A stretch of 64,000 nt of DNA from Eledone cirrhosa (taxonomy: Eukaryota). This document shows positions 1 through 10,988 of this stretch, piece after piece (the stretch's first letter is position 1; the number at the start of each line of letters is the position of its first letter). A program made the translations under genes and the position numbers. The notes under the pieces were generated by a model. That model had not been told where the DNA came from, did no database searches, and was given only the letters and a program-made list of their open reading frames with translations. The stretch lies in the NCBI GenBank assembly GCA_964016885.1, contig OZ024750.1, positions 51,894,001 to 51,958,000 of the forward strand, in the 5' to 3' direction.

Positions 1-1097
1 GTGGAGTCTGCACTGATTGCTGTGCCCGCTTGAAAGAGGACTGTGAGCGCCTGAGCGCATTCAAGGTGCCAGGCGCCCATCGTTTTCGGTCTTTTCTTGA
101 CCCAGGACTGCAGCTCCGTCAGCGAGACGAGCTGCGGGAAAGCCTGTCTCACAAACGGTGCCCACACCGGTTGGGGGTCGGTGAGGAATACATGGAGATG
201 CCGCAGCCTCAGCGCATGCTTGCGCATCATCAGCCACGGCATTCCCAGCCCTCCGTTGGAACGGTGCTGACAGCAGACGGATCTCCTCACCAGCGGAGCC
301 TGCTTCTTCCACAGAAACTGGAAGAGCATGCGTTCCATCTTGACGAGGTGTTCCATCTTGACGGGGACAAGGCACGGCAGTCAAGCGGTAGTAGATGACG
401 GACGCTATGAAAGTGTTCGCCACTTCCGCTCGACCTTTCAAGGATAGTTTGCACTCTACCCACTTCTGGGTGAGCACAAATACCTTGGCCGTGACTTCGT
501 TCCAGTTTTTATCCATTTGGAGTTCTGGACCGAACCAGACCCCGAGCAATTTCACCGGTCCGTCCGTCCAGCGTCCAACGACGCTGTCGGACGTCATCGG
601 TTTGCCTCTCCACGTACCGAGGTGCAAACCGACAGACTTGTCCGGGTTTAGTTTTGCTCCCGTCAGCGTTTCGTATTCTTTCAGTAAGTTGCCGATCACC
701 CCGATTTCCGAGGTGCTCGACACCATTACCGTCATGTCGTCGGCATAAGCCGACGCTGCTTTGCGCAGTTCCAGTTCTAGAGGGATGCCCTGCAACAGCT
801 CCAATTTCCGCAGTAGTGGCTCTAGAGTCAATACATACAGAATGGAGGAGAGAAGATATCCCTGTCGAATGTAACGCGTGATTGCGAACTGCTTCGATAG
901 GTAGCCGTTCACCTTGACCCTCGAGCAGATGCTGGTGTGCATCGCCTCGATCCAGCCTCTCAAAACGGGACCGAAACCGGCCGCCTTGAGAACCGCTTCC
1001 AAGTATCGATGGTCGACCCTATCGAATGCCTTAGACTGATCCAAATTGGTCAGAGCCCCACCGAAGCCGGGCTTACTACCCACCCTCTCTATGATGT
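1..1097 (-). mobile_element. Tx1-clade LINE family A, 5'-truncated copy A0 (RT and thumb region), running off the window start
   Basis: ORF 61-1167 carries LDQSKAFDRV, RQG..LS, YADD and KLLGVWF and is homologous to ORF2 at 7518-10955. Homology begins exactly at the (GATA)n tract; frameshifted near 340. Confidence 0.9.
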
Positions 1098-1120
1098 ATA
1101 GATAGATAGATAGATAGATA
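1098..1120. repeat. (GATA)n tract: 3' tail of copy A1 and 5' flank of copy A0
   Basis: Read directly; minus-strand AATAAA at 1127-1132 lies just before it. Confidence 0.95.
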
Positions 1121-4100
1121 TATTTCTTTATTAGCCACAGGGGCACAAAAGAAGGGGACAAATACAAAGGGGGAAGTTTACATACAATAAAAACGTGTAA
1201 AATGTTATCACAGATGGAATTTAAAAGCTAGTCGATTTTCCCCAATAGAGGGAGACAGTTTATATGGGTAACACATACCCCCGAAAAAAAATGTGCAACC
1301 CTCATCTCCAGGAGTACGAAGAGCTTGTACTCCTTTCCTCTCCTCCTCCTTTTCCTCAACCTACAGGCTGATATAGAGAGAAGGCCCATTCACTCGGGCC
1401 ATTCTCGCCACTTTCACCCACCTTTCATAAAACTTGCTGGGGTACAGCACCTCTCTCTCCATCCTGATTCTTCTTCCAAAGTGGTATTCGAAAAAAAGAA
1501 TCAGTTGTTGGCCGGAGAGAAAGGTGTCTGACCTCAGCCCTTTCAACCTTTTCCACCATACAACCTCTTTCGCCATAGCTATCACACAAAGGAAAACCGC
1601 CTCTCCTTCGTTTTTGAAGGAGGGTGGCGGTTTGATCATGACAATGGACTCGGTGGTCAACTGGATTGGTCCCACCCGCGACAATAGTCGTTCCACATAG
1701 CCCCACAGGTCAGTGACGCCCGGGCAGTGTATGAATGCGTGCGCGACGGTTTCTTCGTCTCGCACGCACCTCGGACAGATCTTTTTTGCAGGGTCCCTTC
1801 CCGGGCGCCCATGTCTGTAGAGCTTGTCTCGAACTGGTAGAGGTCCTCGGTAGCACTGCCAGGCCAGGGACTTTTGGAAGTTGTCCATCGGTCCCGGGCG
1901 GAAGGTCCTACCGAACAGACTGGCCAGTTCATCTTCCTCTACGCCTAGAGTTTCACCGAGCGCGTCGTCGCACTTGCTGCGGACCAACCCTCTATAGAAT
2001 GACGAAGTGGGGTCTCCACTGATCGCCGGATCCGCCTGCCAGAGGGCTGTGAGCGCCTGAGCACATTCGATGTGCCAGTCGCCCATTTTCCTCGGTCTCT
2101 GCTTGACCCAGGACTGCAGCTCGGTCAGCGAGACGAGTCGTGGGAAGGCTCGCCTCACGAACGGGGCCCACACCGGTTGTCCGGTGAGGAATACGTAGAG
2201 ATGCCGCAGCCTGAGCGCGTGTTTGCGCATCGTCAACCACGGCATCCCCAGCCCTCCGTTAGAAGGGTGTTGGCAGCTGGAAGAAGTCGGGCCGTTCAGC
2301 TCCGAAAGGGGAGTAGACGGCGACCAGTCTCAAGGCCGCACTTTCACTACTGCCAACGTCTAGCACCAACAAACGACCCTCCGGGTCCGAGTGCACAACC
2401 TGTACGGCAAGACCCAGGTGTTTTTGCAGCAGTACGACAACCCACCCCCACCTCCAGGTTGACAGAGAGATGCATGCACCTCAAAGTCATCGAAGGTGGG
2501 GGCCAGCTGCCGCACGACGCTGATTCGAGTCGCACAGATAACCATTACATTTATACCACATGACCTGAGGTCATTTAGAAGCTTTGCTTGCTTCCAAGTT
2601 GAGCCCAGGCCACGTGCATTCAAACATCCTACTCTTAACACATCCATGTGGGCGGCAGAGCCAAAGGAGAGTGTAGAGACCTACCTTTCCGCTTCCCGGG
2701 GTTCGGGTTGCACGACTTCCATGGGGTCGGGGGTGTTGGGTGAAGGGGTGTCTTGTGGTGGTGTGGGGTCGTCAGTGTGTGGTAGGGTTGGGGTGTTTGG
2801 AGTTGTGTTGGGGAGGGGAAGGGGAGGGGGAAAGCTTTTTAGTAGGACGCGGTTTGTGGGTTTGACAGAGGGTGGTCCTACGTCCTCCTTAAAATCCTTT
2901 TTTAGTTTTTGGTAGAGGTTCATTGGGATCTTTATTAATTTTAAATGTGGGTAGTTTTCTGAAGAAACAAAGTTTACACCTTCGGTTTGTACCGAAGGAT
3001 TATTGTATATGAGTTCATTTAATTTATTATTGTTTCTGTTGATGTAAGTATAGTGTAATGTCTTTTTTTCGGATGGTGTGAGTGTTTCGAAGAGGGGAGG
3101 GGCAGGTTTGGTTTTGTTTGTTGCTGGAGGGGTGTTTTCTGTTTTGTTGGATTGTGTTGAGATTTGGGTGGGGGTTGTTTGGCCTTGTGTGTTTTGCACA
3201 TGTTTTCTTTTTTTCCTTTTAATCTGTCTGAAGGACTCCGTTTCTTCCTCCGAATTCGTTGGGTTATCTTCAGTGCTGGAGGGAAGAGGTATGTTTGCTG
3301 GTAATGTTTCCGTGTTGGTTTTCTTTGTGGGGGAGATGGATGTCATTATGTTAGACTGTGTTGTGTGTTGTGTCTGCGGTGGTTGTGTTGTTTTATTGAG
3401 TGAGAGGTTGGGTGGGCCTGTATTTTGTTTTGGGGTAATGTGTTGTGACTGTTTGTGTTGTGGTGGTGGTGTGGTTTTACTGAGGGACGGGTTGGGTGGG
3501 ACTGAGTTTTGTTGTTTGTTTATCTGTTGTGGTGGTGGTGGTGGAGGTGGTGTTGGTAGCAGGGTTTTCTTTTTGTTGAGTTGGGGACAAGCGGCCTTCA
3601 GGTGCCCTCTGCCTGCACAGATATGGCAGGACGGCCTTCTCCCCTCCACGCTAATGTTTATATACCCGTGGCCCTCTAATAGGATTCTGTCGGGTATTTG
3701 GGCGATGTGTTCAGGCTTCATTTGCACTACCAGCTCTATACCTGTTCCACTGAACGCATTGCCTGTGGTTTTCCCAATGGAAATCACGTTGTCATTCACT
3801 GGATCGATGAAGCCAGCTATGAGCCAGCAGTAGTCCACATCTGGCATCATTGCATCCAGCCATATGCGTTGAGTTCTTTTAGCCATATAAGATGGATAAA
3901 AGGTGAAATTTTTCGAACGAATCGGTGACAAAGCATATTTTTTTGCCGCCGATTCGTTCTTCATGATAATTGCTAGGCTTCCATACAGTCTGTCTTTTCT
4001 TATGAAAGTGGTTTCATTAAGTACTTCTGTAAGTACTGTTTTGATATCTGCTTGAGAAGGCTGTTCAGGTTTTTTTGTACCGTTGTTGATGGTGCGAAAC

Positions 4101-4776
4101 TTGACCGTTCGGCTTTCAATGTCTTTGGTGAATTCTTGAGGCATTTTTACCGATAAAATTCCATTCTCTCCTTCACTTATGTATTGTTTGGCGTCTGTGA
4201 TTCTTCGTGCCACATCTGAAATATTTTCCGGTATATAAGTCAAAGATTTCTTTGTTGTCTGTGCAAATGAAATCTTGTCGTCTGCTTTGCTTTCTGTTAT
4301 GGTGTTATTTTCAAATGTTATTTTTGTGTTTGTTGTGTCTTTGTTTGTGTTATTAGTATTGTCATGCAATTTTTCAAATTTTTTTTTTTCGTTGTTGGAA
4401 TCCATGTCCAGATTTGTGTTTTCGTCATTTTTTTTCTCCGCAGATTCGTCTGTTTTTATTTTAATTTTTCCTTCCTTCTCTATGACGTTAGTTGGGAAGG
4501 AAGAGGGGACTAAAGCGTGCGAGCTTACAACTCTTACCGCTGTCCCCCCACCACTATTTTCGTTCGCTGCGTTTAACATTTCTGTTAGACGATTGAAATT
4601 TTTTTGCCACAAAATTTTTTAGAACAGGTTTTTCACCTCTAGGAGGGGTAAAGATGAGCTGACCCACCACCTGACAGTTCAGACGGGGGGTCAAGCTACA
4701 CAATTGTATCAAAATTAAATTTGAACTCACAAAATTTCCGCAATAAATTTGAACAAAACTTCTGCGCGAAGTGAAT
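1121..4776 (-). mobile_element. Tx1-clade LINE copy A1, internally deleted or chimeric
   Basis: 5' UTR, ORF1 and the start of APE are nearly identical to 10583-13060. These are joined at 2276-2277 to an ORF2 C-terminus (1361-2245) and a 3' UTR. Confidence 0.9.
2681..4579 (-). CDS. Tx1 ORF1 (gag-like nucleic-acid-binding protein) of copy A1
   Basis: Open frame from ATG 4579; CHICAGRGHLKAAC knuckle, Pro/Thr-rich linker and KRKKRK basic patch; near-identical to 10989-12866. Confidence 0.88.
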   Translation of the reverse strand: MLNAANENSGGGTAVRVVSSHALVPSSFPTNVIEKEGKIKIKTDESAEKKNDENTNLDMDSNNEKKKFEKLHDNTNNTNKDTTNTKITFENNTITESKADDKISFAQTTKKSLTYIPENISDVARRITDAKQYISEGENGILSVKMPQEFTKDIESRTVKFRTINNGTKKPEQPSQADIKTVLTEVLNETTFIRKDRLYGSLAIIMKNESAAKKYALSPIRSKNFTFYPSYMAKRTQRIWLDAMMPDVDYCWLIAGFIDPVNDNVISIGKTTGNAFSGTGIELVVQMKPEHIAQIPDRILLEGHGYINISVEGRRPSCHICAGRGHLKAACPQLNKKKTLLPTPPPPPPPQQINKQQNSVPPNPSLSKTTPPPQHKQSQHITPKQNTGPPNLSLNKTTQPPQTQHTTQSNIMTSISPTKKTNTETLPANIPLPSSTEDNPTNSEEETESFRQIKRKKRKHVQNTQGQTTPTQISTQSNKTENTPPATNKTKPAPPLFETLTPSEKKTLHYTYINRNNNKLNELIYNNPSVQTEGVNFVSSENYPHLKLIKIPMNLYQKLKKDFKEDVGPPSVKPTNRVLLKSFPPPLPLPNTTPNTPTLPHTDDPTPPQDTPSPNTPDPMEVVQPEPREAER

Positions 4777-7251
4777 TATTTGCCACCAGGGCATCAAAAG
4801 TGGGACAAGTACAATGGGGGGAGTTTACAAAACAAGGCGTCCTCAATAAGGAGGAGGCAATAACAATATATAAAAATAAAATAAAATATAACAAAAAATA
4901 AAATTTATAACAAAGTCCTCAATAGAGAGGAGGTGCCTTGTGGGGTCGCACACACCCCCGAAAAAAGTGTGCAACCCTTCTCCTCAGGAGCACAGAGAAG
5001 GGGTGCTCCCTTGGTCTTTCATCTTCCTCACCTATAGTCTGATGTAGAGTGAAAGCCCATTCACACGGGCCATTCTCGCCACTTTCACCCATCTTTCATA
5101 AAAACGGCTGGGGTGCAGCAGCTCTCTCTCCATCCTGATCCTTCTTCCGAAATGATATCGGAAGAAACGGACCTGTTGTTGGCCAGAGAGAAAGGTGTCT
5201 GACCTCAGTCCTTTCAGATGCGTCCACCATACAACCTCTTTCGCCATGGCTATTACGCACAGAAACACCGCCTCTCCTTCGTTTTTGAAGAGGGGAGGCG
5301 GCTTGATCGTTACAATAGACTCGGTGGTCAACCGGATCGGTCCCACCCTTGACAGCAGTTGTTCGACATAGCCCCACAGATCAGCAATGCCCGAGCAGTG
5401 TACCATGCGTGTGCAACGGTTTCCTCGTCGCACACGCATCTGGGACAGATCTTTTTCGATGGGTCCCTACCCAGGCGCCCGTGTCTGTAGAGCCTTTCTC
5501 GAACGGGCAGAGCCCTTCTGTAGCATTGCCAGGCCAGGGACCTCTGGAAGTTATTCATGGGTCCCGGGCTGAATGTCCTACCGAACAGGTTGGCCAGTTC
5601 GTCTTCCTCCATGCCTAGGGCTTCTCCGAGGGCGTCGTCGCACCTGCTAACCACCAGCCCTCTATAGAATGACGAGGTGGATTCTCTACTGACAGCCGGG
5701 TCCGCCTGCCAGAGAGCCGTGAGCGCCTGGGCACACTCGGTGTGCCGGGCGCCCAGTTTTCTCGGTCTTTGCTTGACCCAGGATTGCAGCTCGGTGAGTG
5801 AGACGAGTCTGGGAAAGGCTCGCCTCACAAACGGGGCCCATACCGGTAGACCGGAGAGGAATACCTGAAGGTGCCGTAGCCTTAATGCGTGTTTACGTAT
5901 CATTAGCCACGGCATCCCCAGCCCTCCTTTCGAAGGGTGTTGACAGCAGATGGATCTCCTCACCATAGGAGCCCGCTTCTTCCAAAGGAATTGGAAGAGT
6001 GCGCGCTCCATTTTGGCGAGCGTTTCCCTTGGGCAAGGCACAACGTTCAGGCGGTAGTAGATGACGGACGCTATATAAGTGTTAGCCACCTCTGCCCGAC
6101 CTTTCAGGGACAGTTTGCACTCGGCCCACTTCTGGGTCAGTGCAAACACCCTGTTCGTTACCTCACCCCAGTTCTTCTCCACCTGGAGGTCTGGTCCGAA
6201 CCAGACCCCGAGCAACTTTACCGGGCCCTCCGTCCAGCGCCCGACGACGCCATCGGAGGGCATCGATCTGCCCCTCCACGTGCCGAGTTGCAGACCGATC
6301 GACTTGTCCCGGTTCAGCTTAGCCCCTGTAAACCTTTCGTACTCCTCCAGTAAGGTGCCGATCGCCCCGATTTCCGAGGCCGTCGACACCATTACTGTTA
6401 CGTCATCGGCGTAGGCTGACACCGCTTTCCGCAATCCCGGTTCCAACGGAATGCCCTGCAACAACTCCAACTTCCGCAGCAGTGGCTCTAGAGTCATTAC
6501 ATACAGAAGGGAGGAGAGAGGGCACCCCTGTCGGATGGACCGCGCGATTTCGAACGGCTCCGAGAGGTAGCCGTTCACCTTGACCCTAGAGCAGATGTGC
6601 ATGGCATTGATCCAGCCCCTGAAAACGGGTCCGAAGCCTGCCGCCGCTAGCACCGCATCCAGGTAACCATGGTCGACCCTATCGAATGCCTTAGATTGAT
6701 CCAAGTTGATCAGGGCCCCACCAAAGCCGGGTTCGTTCCCAACCCTCTCTATGATGTATCGCATGAGGTGGAGGTTGTCGTGGATGTACCTGGACGGGAT
6801 AGCACATGTCTGCGCATCTCCCACCAGATTGCCCACGACAAGCGCCAACCTCTTTGCTAGCACCTTGGCCAAAATCTGTAACTCTGTATTTAGCAGAGTT
6901 ATGGGCCTGAAATTATTTATATCGTCCCCCTTGTTCTCGTCCTTCCTCACTAGCGTGACTACGCCCTTGGTCACAGCACAAGGAATTCTCCCGTTCTGTT
7001 GCCAGTTGCAGTAGACCGCCTCGAGGAGATCGGGGAACAAGTCCGGCATAGCTAGATATAGTTCGTATGGAAGACCATCGAGACCCGGGGATTTGCGTTT
7101 GCCGCATTGGCTCAGCTCGTCCTCTATCTCAGCGGCTGAAATCGGCTCCTCGCAGGACTTCGCCTCCCTGTCCGAGAGACGCGGCAGGCCGTCGAGGTAT
7201 GGACCGAAGTCCACATCCCCAACCGGCCCCCCGCCCCTTCCGAACAATCCG

Positions 7252-7252
<1 letters not shown>
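4777..7252 (-). mobile_element. Tx1-clade LINE copy A2, 5'-truncated (RT, Cys-rich domain, 3' UTR)
   Basis: ORFs 5328-7247 and 5032-5439 (one frameshift) are homologous to ORF2; the copy starts at the (GATA)n tract. Confidence 0.9.

Positions 7253-7300
<48 letters not shown>
7253..7300. repeat. (GATA)12 tract: tail of A3 and 5' flank of A2
   Basis: Read directly. Confidence 0.97.
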
Positions 7301-7303
<3 letters not shown>

Positions 7304-7517
7304 TTCTTTATTTACCATAAAGGCATAAAAAGAAGGGACAAATACAAAGGGGGAGTTTACATATAATCGAGTAAAAAGGGTGTAACATGAAAATAATCGA
7401 AAATAACCTCAAAAGGGAGGGGACGTGATGGGGGTTGCACACACCCCCGAAAAAGTGTGCAATCCTTTGCCCGGGGAGCACATGGAGAAGGTGCTCCCCT
7501 CTCCTTTACTTCTTTAC

Positions 7518-10500
7518 CTACAGGATGGTATACAGAGAAGGCCCATTTACACGAGCCATTCTCGCCACTATCACCCACCTTTCATAAAACTGCCTGTGGC
7601 CAAGCACCTCTCTCTCCATTCTTATCCTTCTTCCGAAGTGATATCGGAAGAAGTAGACCAGACTATGGCCAGAGAGGAAGTTGCCTGACCTCAGACCTTT
7701 CAATCGTGTCCACCAAACAACCTCTTTCAACATGGCTATTACGCACAGAAAAACCGCCTTTGCTTCCTTTGTGAAGAGGGGAGGCGGTTTGATTGTCATC
7801 ACGGACTCGGCGGTCAATTTAATCGGCGCCACCCGCGACAGCAGTTGTTCGGCGTAGCCCCACAGATCAGCCACGCCCGGACATTGCACCAATGCGTGCG
7901 CCACGGTTTCTTCGTGACGCACGCATCTAGGGCAAATCTTTTTTGAGGGATCCCTGCCCGGGCGCCCGTGTCTGTAGAGCCTCTCTCGAACGGGTAGAGC
8001 CCCTCGGTAGCACTGCCAGGCCAGTGACTTCTGGAAGTTGTCCATTGGTCCTGGGCCGAAAGTCCTACCGAACAGGCTGGCCAGTTCGTCTTCCTCCATG
8101 TCCAGCGACTCTCCAAGGGTGTCATCGCCCCTGCTAGCCACCAGCCCTCTATAGAATGATGAGGTGGATTCTCCACCGATGGCCCGGCCCGCTTGCCAGA
8201 GAGCCCTGAGCGCCTGAGCACACTCAGTGTGCCAGTCTCCCAGTTTTCCGGATCTTTGCTTGACCCAGGACTGTAGCTCGGTGAGTGAGACGAGTCTCGG
8301 AAAGGCTCGTTTCACGAACGGAGCCCACACCGGTTGACCAGTGAGGAATACCTGTAGGTGCCGTAGCCTTAATGCGTGCCTACGCATCATCAACCACGGC
8401 ATCCCCAGCCCTCCTTTCGAAGGTTGTTGGCAGCAGATGGATCTTCTCACCATAGGAGGACGCTTCTTCCAAAGAAATTGGAAGAGCATGCGTTCCATGG
8501 TGGTGAGTGTTTCCTTAGGGCAAGGCACGACAGTCAGGCGGTAGTAAGTGACGGACGCTATGTAAATGTTCGCCACCTCCGCCCGGCCTTTTAGGGACAG
8601 CTTACACTTGGCCCATTTCTGGGTTAGTGCAAACACCTTGTTCGTAACCTCGTTCCAGTTCTTTTCCACCTGGAGGTCCGGTCCAAACCAGACCCCAAGC
8701 AACTTTACCGGGCCCTCCGTCCAGTGTCCGACGACACCGTCAGGAGGCATCGGTTTGCCTCTCCACGTTCCGAGTTGCAGCCCGATGGATTTTTCCCGGT
8801 TCAGTTTCGCTCCTGACAACCTTTCGTACTCCTCCAGTAAGGTACCGATCGCCTCGATCTCCGAGTCGGTTGATACCATTACTGTTACGTCATCGGCGTA
8901 GGCCGACACCGCTTTGCTCAATCCTGGTTCCAGGGGGATACCCTGCAACAACTCCAACTTCCTCAGTAAAGGCTCGAGAGTCAATACGTACAGAAGGGAG
9001 GAGAGAGGGCACCCCTGTCGAATGGATCGTGTGATTTCGAACGGCTTCGAAAGGTAGCCGTTCACCTTGATCCTAGAACAGATGTGGTTGCTATGTAGGG
9101 CAGTGATCCAGCCTCTGAAAACAGGACCGAACCCAGCCGCCGCTAGCACCGCATCCAGGTAACCATGGTCGACCCTATCGAAGGCCTTAGACTGATCCAA
9201 GTTGATCAGGGCCCCACCGAAGCCGGGTTTGTTGCCAACCCTCTCTATGATGTATCGCATGAGGTGGAGGTTATCGTGAATGGACCTGGATGGGATTGCA
9301 CATGTCTGCGCATCTCCCACCAGGCCACCCACGACAAGCGCCAACCTCTTTGCTAACACCTTGGCCAAAATCTTTAACTCTGTGTTTAGCAGGGTTATGG
9401 GCCGAAAATTATTTATACTATCCCCCTTGTTCTCGTCCTTCCTCACCAGCGTGACTACGCCCTTGGCTACAGAACAAGGAATTCTCCCGTTCTGCTGCCA
9501 ATTGCAGTAGACCGCTTCGAGGAGTTCGGAGAAGAAGACCGGCATTGCTAAATAAAGTTCGTAAGGTATACCATCGAGACCTGGAGATTTGCGTCTGCTG
9601 CATTGGCTCAGCGCATCTCCGATCTCATCAGCCGAGATTGGTCCCTCGCAGGACTCTGCCTCTTTGTTCGAGAGACGCGGCAGGCCGTCGAGGTATGGAC
9701 CGAAATCCACGCCCCGGCCCGGACCCTCGCCTCCCCCGAACAATCGGGCAAAGTGCTTTTGAAAGGCCTTGCACATCTGCTTAGGCTCCCGGATCACTCG
9801 TCCATCTTCGTCTTGCAACGACCGGATGGTGGATCGATTTCCACTTTTAGCTTCTGTCACGCGGGCCCATCCAACGGCTTTGGCCCCCTCATTACCTAGA
9901 GCACGTATTTTACTTCGAATGACGCAGCCTTCATGCTTTGCATCGAAAAACTGGTTCAAGGCCGTCCTCGATGCCATCACTCTGGCCACATCTTCGCTCT
10001 TGATTGCCTCTTCTAATTTACCTGTTAATTCTTTCTCGTTTCTATTCCTATTGGCAGCTAACATCTTGCTATAACTTATTGATTCTGTTCTAATCTCTCT
10101 TTTGAGAGATGCCCACCATCGGTTGTTGACGATTGCACCCGTCAACCTCTCCTTAACTAATCTGCTAATCCGGTTTCTGTAAGTCTCTTTTGCCGGTAAC
10201 GACAAATTAAGTTTCCAGTAACCGGGACCCTGTCTATGTGTTTTCTCGAGATTGACCACGCAGGTCACTAATTTGTGATCCGTGTAGCCAACCGTGCGCA
10301 TTTCTGGACAGCTTAATATGTCCCTATCCTTACTTCTAACTAAGAATCTATCTAAGTACGATCTAGATTGACCACTGTGGTTTCTCCAAGTCCAGGTAGG
10401 CACAGTTGGAAAATCTAGTCGATATCTATCGACCAAGTTAAAACGGTCGAGTAACCCCTTGAGGCTGTTACACCCCCCTCTATTAGGACATGCTCCTGCA

Positions 10501-10955
10501 TAGTCCCAACGTGCATCCAGGATGTCATTCCAATCCCCCGCTAGAAGCAGGGAACGCGACGTTCCCAGAAAAGTCTCCAAACGCTGGAAGAAGTCGGGCC
10601 GTTCAGCTCCGAAAGGGGAGTAGACGGCGACCAGTCTCAAGGCCGCATTTTCACTACTGCCAACGTCTAGCACCAACAAACGACCCTCCGGGTCCGAGTG
10701 CACAACCTGTACGGCAAGACCCAGGTGTTTTTGCAGCAGCACGACAACCCCACCCCCACCTCCAGGTTGACAGAGAGATGCATGCACCTCAAAGTCATCG
10801 AAGGTGGGGGCCAGCTGCCGCATGACGCTGATTCGAGTCTCACAGATAACCATTACATTTATACTACATGACTTGAGGTCATTTAGAAGCTTTGCTTGCT
10901 TCCAAGTTGAGCCCAGGCCACGTGCATTCAAACATCCTACTCTTAACACATCCAT
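7518..10955 (-). CDS. ORF2 polyprotein: APE endonuclease, reverse transcriptase, C-terminal Cys-rich domain (1145 aa)
   Basis: APE motifs LNARG, CET, VYSP, GDWN, YLDRF, TDH; GPGYWKLN; RT motifs KSPGLDG, NFRPITLLN, DQSKAFD, RQGCPLS, YADD; CPRC...ETVAHALVQC. Confidence 0.96.
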   Translation of the reverse strand: MDVLRVGCLNARGLGSTWKQAKLLNDLKSCSINVMVICETRISVMRQLAPTFDDFEVHASLCQPGGGGGVVVLLQKHLGLAVQVVHSDPEGRLLVLDVGSSENAALRLVAVYSPFGAERPDFFQRLETFLGTSRSLLLAGDWNDILDARWDYAGACPNRGGCNSLKGLLDRFNLVDRYRLDFPTVPTWTWRNHSGQSRSYLDRFLVRSKDRDILSCPEMRTVGYTDHKLVTCVVNLEKTHRQGPGYWKLNLSLPAKETYRNRISRLVKERLTGAIVNNRWWASLKREIRTESISYSKMLAANRNRNEKELTGKLEEAIKSEDVARVMASRTALNQFFDAKHEGCVIRSKIRALGNEGAKAVGWARVTEAKSGNRSTIRSLQDEDGRVIREPKQMCKAFQKHFARLFGGGEGPGRGVDFGPYLDGLPRLSNKEAESCEGPISADEIGDALSQCSRRKSPGLDGIPYELYLAMPVFFSELLEAVYCNWQQNGRIPCSVAKGVVTLVRKDENKGDSINNFRPITLLNTELKILAKVLAKRLALVVGGLVGDAQTCAIPSRSIHDNLHLMRYIIERVGNKPGFGGALINLDQSKAFDRVDHGYLDAVLAAAGFGPVFRGWITALHSNHICSRIKVNGYLSKPFEITRSIRQGCPLSSLLYVLTLEPLLRKLELLQGIPLEPGLSKAVSAYADDVTVMVSTDSEIEAIGTLLEEYERLSGAKLNREKSIGLQLGTWRGKPMPPDGVVGHWTEGPVKLLGVWFGPDLQVEKNWNEVTNKVFALTQKWAKCKLSLKGRAEVANIYIASVTYYRLTVVPCPKETLTTMERMLFQFLWKKRPPMVRRSICCQQPSKGGLGMPWLMMRRHALRLRHLQVFLTGQPVWAPFVKRAFPRLVSLTELQSWVKQRSGKLGDWHTECAQALRALWQAGRAIGGESTSSFYRGLVASRGDDTLGESLDMEEDELASLFGRTFGPGPMDNFQKSLAWQCYRGALPVRERLYRHGRPGRDPSKKICPRCVRHEETVAHALVQCPGVADLWGYAEQLLSRVAPIKLTAESVMTIKPPPLFTKEAKAVFLCVIAMLKEVVWWTRLKGLRSGNFLSGHSLVYFFRYHFGRRIRMEREVLGHRQFYERWVIVARMARVNGPSLYTIL

Positions 10956-10988
10956 GTGGGCGGCAGAGCCAAAGGAGAGTGTAGAGAC

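Noticed and set aside
3078-3833. Hydrophobic, Cys/Gly-rich 251-aa plus-strand ORF, repeated at 11386-12141
   Set aside because: Antisense shadow of the A/C-rich ORF1 linker; conservation only reflects near-identity of the two copies.
7124-7318. ORFs containing IYLSIYLS, including the N-terminus of ORF 61-1167
   Set aside because: Translation through (TATC)n tails, not real protein sequence.
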